Origin: Paraspadella gotoi
Lineage: Eukaryota > Animalia > Chaetognatha
Direction: 5' to 3'
NCBI GenBank assembly: GCA_051294375.1
Contig: JBJCIZ010000382.1
Span: 1-13,751 of the forward strand
DNA: 13,751 bases
Shown one piece after another: positions 6,464-13,751 of the stretch; the stretch's first letter is position 1, and the number at the start of each line of letters is the position of its first letter. The notes beneath the pieces are model-generated. The model worked only from the letters and a program-made list of their open reading frames with translations, was not told the DNA's origin and made no database searches. The translations under genes were made by a program, and so were the position numbers.

Positions 6464-6961
6464 AATTTGCTCTGACGAGTGTCTCTCGCTTTCCGGCGCC
6501 GGGAGATCACTCCGTCGTAACCTATTTTTCGGCGCCGCCTCCGTCCCAATCTTGGTTTCATTATTTCGCGCCGTCGCCTCTTCCTGGGACGCCAGTGCTC
6601 ATTCTCCCGCTCCTAAAGAAGAATTCTACTCTGGGCGTTGCGTCACCTCCCCTCCCGCCGAGGAGACTTAATGGAGTACGCTCGACGATCGGGCTCGCTC
6701 CATGCCGCAACCGCAACCGCGACCGCTTTCCCAAGACCGACTATCACTGTGAACTATGCCAAAGGCTTCGCCGCCGCCACCAAGCCACTCTTCCCCATCT
6801 CCCCCAGCCGGCATCCCACCCCCGATCCGCGGAGAGACGGACTTGGCGAACATGAGGTCTAGGCGGCGTTGCTGTCAGTTTTGCAAGACCAATGGAGAGA
6901 GGGAATCCGTTTAAAGAAGTCATCCACTCAAGGACGACGTGACAGGACTCATAGTTTTTGT
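6464..6961 (+). pseudogene. nanos: Disabled nanos-like fragment: Pro/Ser-rich region plus first CCHC zinc finger
   Basis: The frame of ATG 6852 reads MRSRRRCCQFCKTNGERESV*RSHPLKDDVTGLIV, matching Nanos CxFC(K/R)NNGE....Y.SH.LKD..G.V.C with Cx2Cx12H spacing. TAA at 6912-14 sits at the conserved Tyr. Upstream in-frame stops lie at 6669-71 and 6750-52, the second finger is absent, and a possible acceptor TTTAG ends at 6463. Confidence 0.75.
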
Positions 6962-8030
6962 GAAAACCTTTGACATTAAATGTTTTTTAGTATTTTTTTT
7001 TAAAATTATTGTGAAATTTTTTATTTACCGCCATCCAGCAATTGTAATTGTAATAAATAATAAATAACAAAATAATTGTTAAAAATATATTTTCTTAATA
7101 AAGTTAGTTTATTTGGACAGCCTCCCTTAATTAAGATGGTACAAAATTATATTCAAATTTATCATTGCCATGAGGTTTTTACTGGACGATCGTCTTTAAA
7201 CTGGTAGAAGTTTAGTCTTTTTTTAGTCCAAACCCCACATGTATCATTCAAAGAATGGCCCGGTTAACCAGTTGTAGCTTATCGCTTCATCTTGGTCTAA
7301 TGTTCAGGAACTACAAAATAAAGAACAATTTAATAACTATTTATAAGTTTTCATTTGCATATTGGGTAAACTGTCTAAGACATGATTTATTATATTTGAG
7401 AATTAGGGAAATAAAAGGATTTCAAATAGGTGCGAAATGAAAAGATCAAATACTGTGGCTAAATAATTTGTTATAGCCACTTCAGATTTTGCCCTCTAAT
7501 AGAAAAATCGCTGGAGAATTTGCAGTGCCTCTGCGGAGCTTTGGCAAGCGCCAGTTGCTTCGTCAGAGCCATCCAGGCGCCTCTTTGGCGTAGTAGCTCC
7601 CGAGTCCTCAGGCGCCGGATCGACCGCGTGGTGGGTGGTGGACTAGCTATAGGCGGTGAGAAGGACGGCAAACTTAGCATACGAGAGAGGAATCTTGGAG
7701 CTTCGCCAGATGCTCGTCGGTGATAGGACCACAGTGACGCCTCGACCCGGGGGGCGACGCCGGCGGTCCCGAGGAGCTCTGGACGGCGCCAACGACCGGG
7801 AGAGGTTTTTGGCGGAAAATGGAATCAATGTTGAAATCTCGATTTATGGAGAAGAGAAACTTTTTTTATAAGACCAGTGTTATAGAATCTCATTATGTAT
7901 GGGTTTAATATATCCTAGAACCCCGGGGTTCACCCGGTTAGTGTCAGGTAGAGCTCAGGAGTCCAATGATCGAATTGTGGTAAGAAATAAAGAAAAGATG
8001 TTAAACAATATAAGAAGGTAAAAAAAAGGT

Positions 8031-8049
8031 CCCCCCCCCCCCCCCCCCC
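8031..8049. repeat. C19 homopolymer (G-quadruplex-capable on the minus strand)
   Basis: 19 consecutive C. Confidence 0.9.
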
Positions 8050-8467
8050 AAGTTTTTAAAGGTCAGTACGTTACCGCTTGTTAATTTAAGTTTTAATGAC
8101 TTGTTTATAATTAAGAAGTAAAAATTTAATCCCATTTCGGCTATTAGATATGATCTTCAAATCACTTATTTTTAAGATTTTATCGTGATCATATCACCTG
8201 TGATCTCTCTGTAGAATTCGTTCCGATATTAACCTTTGTCTCTCGCGTTAGTCCGTTTTCTAAATTTTGACCGTTAACGTTCTATTTGGCCCGGAACGAG
8301 GATTGTCGCGTTTTTAATCCGATCCGATTCCGTAGGACTATTAAGGAGTTAGAACTACGTAGTTAGTCAAAATCCTTATAGTATAACCATCTTTTTCCGC
8401 TACGTTGGAGCGGCGAACAGTTGATCCCTCGCGCAAGGGCGCTATTTTTTCGTCCCCGTCCTTTTTC

Positions 8468-8585
8468 CCATAACTTTTGAACGCCCAGTGGACCGAGATT
8501 TACTGACAATTTTATTTCAAATAAAGTCTAAGACGTAAATTTCCACGTCGATCGGATACCAAAATTTATCGACAATCGAGCCACC
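8468..8585 (+). repeat. Possible remnant of a common insect non-autonomous DNA element
   Basis: Motif order cataacttttgaacg..ccgagattt..aaatttccacgtcgatcggat resembles motifs recurrent in insect MITE/Helitron-like repeats. Recognised from memory; no termini found. Confidence 0.3.
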
Positions 8586-8606
8586 ATTAAAAAAGAAGAT
8601 GTTTTA

Positions 8607-9385
8607 TTGCTCTATTTTACTCTTGTGCTTTTTCTTTTCTTTGCTCATCTAGTATCCTCGAAATACGTCTTACCTCTATTCCTCCTTCCTTACAAACCTC
8701 TCTCGCTCTCCCACTTCTTCCTTCCCGTCTCATTTCTGATCCAATCCTTCATATCTTTCGTTTTCGTTTCCTCTTTTTTTTTTTCTCCCTGTTTTAATCC
8801 TTTGGTTTTCTTTTTCTTTTTTTTCTATCTCTCAATTAACTTTCCTTTTTACTTAATCTCCTCCCCTTCTCTCGACCTCCATCTCCTATCTTCCTCCCTG
8901 TCTCCTCCCCATTCCTTACTTTCTGCCTTCCTTTTCTCCTCTCTCTCCCTTTCCACCCAGCCAGACTCATCTCCTCGCTGCCGCTTTCCTCCACTACTCT
9001 CCTCCTTCCTCCCTTCATCCTTTCCTCCTCTCTCCTGCCCCTCTCCTTACGACCTCGTAATCATCCTCCTTCCTCCCCTCTTCTCCCTTTCCTCCCCTCT
9101 CTCCTTGCCCTTTCTTCCCTGCTCTCGCATCCCCTTCCTCCCTGCCTCTCCTTTCCTCGCCTACTTCTCGCTGCCCTTCTTCCCCCTCTCGCCTCCTTGC
9201 CTCCCTCTCTCCTTTCCTCCCTCATCTCTCTGCCCTTCTTCCCTCTCTCGCTCCCCTCTCCCGTCCTCTCATTTCCTCCCCTCTCCTTCCCTTCTTCCCT
9301 CATCTCCTTCCCTTCCACCTCCTCTCTCTATATTCCATTCCTCTCTCTCGTCCCTTCCTCCCTCTCTCCATTTCCTACCCTCCCC
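8607..9385 (+). repeat. Polypyrimidine (CT-rich) low-complexity tract, about 780 bp
   Basis: Strong C/T strand bias without a fixed period; it explains the overlapping spurious ORFs. Confidence 0.85.
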
Positions 9386-9554
9386 CACGGCCCAGGGAAT
9401 CCGCAAACGAAAAGGAACAGGTGCGAGATTGTGGTTCGATCGACGGATCCGACGGAGGAGGTGGTGGAAGGAGGTTCCGCGTGGAGGTTCCGGTGGGCCG
9501 ATAGGTCAATCGAAGGTGAGTTTGGAGAGATAGGACGAGACGAAACCACTTGGA

Positions 9555-9790
9555 TGTTTTACGAAGGGTTTGAAGAGGTTTTAGAGAAAGGGGCCTGGAC
9601 CTACGGGGAGTTTTACGGGGTTTTTAAAGGGGCTCCTACGGGTTTTAAATATCTTCGAGGATTTTATAGAGGCTCTAAAAAGAATTTTATTTGGCATTCA
9701 ACTCAGGGGGCATTGAAGGAGTTCTGTGAATGGGTTCTATGGGGTCTTTGACAGGGGTTATTAAAGACGCTTTTCAGGGGGATTTAAAAG
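9555..9790 (+). repeat. Degenerate tandem repeat of about 11 bp (GGGTTTTANRG-like)
   Basis: gttttacgaag, ggtttgaagag, gttttagag, gttttacggg, gtttttaaagg, gttttaaat, attttatagag, gctctaaaaag. Confidence 0.55.
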
Positions 9791-11220
9791 ATAAGCTATT
9801 AAGAAAAAGGGTCACTTCAGATTCACAACTTCGTAATATAAGGTCTAAGAAGATGGAGGTACAAAATTCCACGAAAGGCTAGAGGCCCTTTGGCGCAATT
9901 CCGAAAATGAGTAAAATTGGCACCTTTAAATGCATTTGATGCATTCTACCAGACCATTTTGATATATCGGTTTTCAGATTATAGACTAATGACAATAAAA
10001 AGGAAACCCTATTCTGAAGAGTTGCAAGGTCAAAGCGTTACAGAGAGCCAAACAGTCCGATTACCGTAGATGTATTACGGTTTTACAGTCAGAATTTTTT
10101 ATTAATTGAATTGAAGAAAAATATGGTTAAAGTAGAGAGACAGCTTTTATTTGTAAAATTTCAACTTCGCTATCAGTTGACAAATGTAAAGACGCTTTGT
10201 TAAAACTTATAAACCGCTGAATTCTTCCTAACTGGAAACGACGTTTATCAAATGTCTGTCTACTATCGGACATCTTTTAACCAAATGTGTTTTTTAAGAC
10301 TTGCTAATCGAGATTTTTATTCAATCTATCTATTGCCAGGTCGTTTAGGCGCCACACACTCTTCAAAACTTACCAGTGATACAAGAATTCATTGCTAGCC
10401 TCGAAATCTTCTATTGCAGCCCCAATCTATGTTAACTGAAGGATGTTTTGTTCCATGACTGGAAAACCAACCAGAGTAACGAGATCTAGATTGCTTGAAT
10501 ATGCTCCTCTTCTCTAAATACTCATCCCATAACCGTGTCTTCTTAATGTGCTTACCTCAGAATCTTTTTATAACATCTGTAAAAAATATGAGATGCCTGT
10601 AACCATACTCCAGAAAACCGTATAAAACCATTCTTGGGTTATTCTATACTCATTTCTAACAAAAAAAAATTAATTGAAAAAACCGGGAGTTGTTTACATA
10701 TAAAATTACTAACAGCGCAAAACACTTAATTTTTTGGTGAAATTCAAACTCGGATGACCTATAAACTCAAGATACAGCTTCTCTCGACTATATTCAGCTT
10801 AGCTGATCAGATGCATCTACGCTACTGACTGCCCCATGACATGAACACTCATTCCGTCCCTTAATAACGCGCCGGCTTTTCGCGAGCTGGCTCCTTCGTC
10901 CAAAAGGATAAGAAAAGCGGTGTTATTGGACATTAGATATGTCCACTGACACAATTTTTTTTCTTAAAGTTTGCGGAAAAAAAAAACACACATGAATGAT
11001 TTGTGAACAGGTTCAAAAAAACGTGAAGTGTGATAACTTTTTAGAGTTTAATCACACCTTCATGAAAGTGAGATCGGGCTTCGGGAGAGCGAATTAGTGA
11101 AACCGTTGAGTGAAGGACGCAAAGCGGTAACTGGGAGGAGAAGAATCCGCCAACTCGCCAGAACTACTGAGCACGAAACCTATTCAACAACCATTGGAAA
11201 ACTGACAACTGAAAAGCATC

Positions 11221-11659
11221 TTTATCATTTGGGAAATTTCGCGAACGCTAGACTGATAAGTATTTGGCCATTTTAAACGAAGAGAGAGAGAGAAGAGATG
11301 AGAGAAGAGATGAGAGAGAGAGCAAGAGAGCACAGAGAAGAGGAGGGAGAACGAGAGAAGAGAGATCGTCATACGAGAGATCACACGGAGAGCAGAGAGA
11401 AGTGAAATGATAATTTCATTTTTCTGCTTTTTATATAATTTTTGTACTTTTGTCCTTCTGGCTTCATTTTTGATCGGACACATCTTTTAACATGGACAAA
11501 GATATATAGAGACTCTTGGGTGTCTTCTTCCTCTCTCTCTATCAGTCTCTCACGGATCTCTCGTCTCTCAACTCTAGTCTCTCTCGCCATCGTCTAGACT
11601 CACTCTCATTCGGTCGTCGAACCCAAAAGCCTTCGCCAAGATAAAGCCAAATGAATAAA
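11221..11659. repeat. Degenerate fold-back element with GA-rich left arm and TC-rich right arm
   Basis: GA tract 11279-11402 and TC tract at about 11512-11610. Exact inverted 9-mer cgagagatc (11374-82) / gatctctcg (11555-63); outer tttatcatttgg (11221-32) / ccaaatgaataaa (11647-59). Confidence 0.5.
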
Positions 11660-13751
11660 TTTACTGGTGGTTTTTTCTATGGAAGCACGAATCAGATACA
11701 AAAACCCTGCAAGACATCGGACACAGAAAATAGACAAAATATTCAAAGAACTTTTTCATGAATATTTTTTTGTTACTCATTTTTTTCTCTTCCCTTCGCG
11801 TTTCTGAGCTTCGAATAATTCATTTTCCTGTTTAGTCTAAACGCCAACCAGGTGGGTCCGCTTATATTAAAAGGTCACGTGAACGTAAGTTTAAGTGTTT
11901 CTCCGTCTCCGATGGAATTTTGTAACATTTCTCTATTCTCCGTACTCTCATGTCATCAAGTATTCTTAAAAATAGGCGGAGACTTTCGATCGATATTGTT
12001 TATTTGTTTTTTTTGGAGGGGGGTAGGAGTTTCATTAGGGGAATTATAGCGATTCCTCCTGAAAATTGACGAAGCTTTGAAATGTAATTCTGCACTAAGA
12101 AATGATTAAGATATTAGGCCCTCTGAAAGTAATTCGAATTAAATGACTACTATTAAGTTGTATTTTTGTTTAGTAGGGAGTACTACGCGACGGGCTAGAG
12201 CTTTCTAAAATTCAATATGGACCAGCTGGTCTTGTATACGCATGAAAGAAGTACACTTGAGGGGGCCGGTATTTGAAATAGTGTAGAAATATAATCTTTT
12301 TTATTAATGCGACCTTAGAAACCCAAATATTTATTTTGCGAATATTCAAAAATAAAAGTTTATACAAAGTCGTTCATGATTGAATACTTTCTTGTCTACT
12401 TGTTCTGTTTTCGAAAAGATTTCCCTGTCTTCATCAAAAGTTTAAAAACGTGAAAATTATTCTTCCAATTTCGATGACGAAAAAGTGAATGCAGCGCTGA
12501 CGAACATTTTCCGCCATGTCTTCGATTTTGCGATTTTTTCCGTTCCCTTCTTCGTGTCCCGCTCCGCCCCCCGCTCTCTTTTTTGGCATTCTCTTTTGTC
12601 AGAAAGTTTGTAATTCGCACGCAACAGTAGCGAAGTCTTTTTCCCGATATTTTCCGTCGCTAGATAGAGAAGACAATACGTGGCCCCTTATTTTCTTGTC
12701 CGAGACAATACCAAATACAAAGCTGCGAGTTTTCGGATTCGAGAATGTAACAACCGAAAGCCAGGACATTTTAAAGTTCATGTTTCACACAACTATTCTG
12801 TTATGGAAGAAGGGCACTTTTATAAATTCGTAAATAAACGATTTCAAACACACACACTGTCTTCGGGAAGCAATAAATGTTGGGTTTTCGCGATTATGCA
12901 GCCTCTTTCTTCTGGATCCTCCCTGAGCACGATCGGTAAAGTTTTTTTTTGTCTGCTGATTTGTAAGGAAACTAGAATCACTAACCTGAGGCTACCACGG
13001 GAATCGACGACAGCCCTGTCTTCTTCCGCTTTCCTCTTTACCTTAGACGCTTTAGTGCAACTCCGGGAGAAAAGCCTCCGGACAATATATCAGCGCGATC
13101 GTAATATAAAACGATGCGAAAACTTCATATATGACTTTAGTACAATAGCCCGAGCCTTTCACTACAACATGAAAGTACAGAAAAATAGATTTTTCAAGAA
13201 TAACTGATACAAGTTGCGATCAGCTTGATTAAAAAACCGAATTTACGCAAAACTTTGATTGACCATAAGGAAAGACCCAGGTCTCCCAGGGAGTTTAACA
13301 AAGGAGCACTTGGAGAAAGTCTTAATTCGCATTGGAAGGCCTGTGCTAGGGCGAGGAGTTGGCCCTGTCCAAAGTTCAAGGCGAAGAAAGCCTTGTTTAA
13401 GTGAATGACATGGATAATGATTTTGATAATTGGAATTGTAACTCATTGCTGCCAGTACAACAAGGAAAAATCTATAACAATTTAAAAAAATTTAACTCCC
13501 CAAATTGATAATCTTCAATACGTAAGATGGTCGGCCCCGACAGTATATTCTTTTATCCGGTCCCAACAGCTAACGACACGGAACTGAGCGGAACCAGAAT
13601 CTAACGGCCCGATGACCCTGACGAACAACGGGTAAACCAAGACACACATCGACAACAAAACCAACAGAACGTAAAGGATTTACCCTTCCCTCCCCCTTTT
13701 TCCAGAACGGGTGGTGCCGTGGCGAAGAGGTGGCGGGTCGGGAATCCTCGC

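Noticed and set aside
7918-7931. Perfect 14-bp palindrome GAACCCCGGGGTTC
   Set aside because: Isolated, with no associated termini or second copy.
8607-9751. ORFs 8607-9533 (308 aa) and 9197-9751 (184 aa), plus the antisense G/R/E-rich ORFs
   Set aside because: They are open only because CT-rich and degenerate tandem sequence lacks stop codons; no domain and no ATG start for the plus-strand ORFs.
10014-10043. Third hammerhead (CTGAAGA..CAAAGCGTTA)
   Set aside because: No GAAA, no helix II pairing and no helix I; it could be a heavily decayed PLE motif but is unsupported.
10140-10660. Possible decayed minus-strand coding region
   Set aside because: Short frames (e.g. GKHIKKTRLWDEYLEKRS..) match nothing I recognise; a BLASTX search would be needed.
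11065-11112. 28S rRNA-like words (GAAAGTGA..GAGAG..GTGAAACCGTT)
   Set aside because: Only short scattered matches with wrong spacing and no flanking rRNA similarity.
13557-13572. CCGGTCCCAA resembling the canonical twister P4/L4
   Set aside because: Not followed by GC-CCGG, and no GA-GGG or UAA elements in place.
13527-13751. Start of a gag-like ORF at the window edge
   Set aside because: In-frame TAA after 25 codons, no diagnostic motif, and truncated by the window end.

Overview
AT-rich, repeat-dense eukaryotic DNA, probably insect (inferred from composition, TTAGG-like repeats and element types), with no intact protein-coding gene; most ORFs in the supplied track look spurious. The main content is a cluster of small non-autonomous mobile elements with structured RNA. 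These are (i) a tRNA-like head followed by a circularly permuted twister-ribozyme-like motif (1427-1571), (ii) two Penelope-type minimal hammerhead remnants in inverted-repeat configuration (1721-1905, 4277-4400), and (iii) a complete 739-bp miniature LTR element (TRIM-like, 1973-2711, minus strand) with an ATAT target-site duplication and an unusually long tRNA-Trp primer-binding site. There are also two TIR-bounded MITEs (2750-3353, 5250-6215), a 17-bp TTAGG-related minisatellite, a disabled nanos-type zinc-finger fragment (6464-6961) and several low-complexity tracts. The two LTR copies differ almost only by homopolymer indels, so the sequence probably carries uncorrected long-read errors and single-base defects should be treated cautiously. 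All comparisons to known families are from memory; no searches were run.
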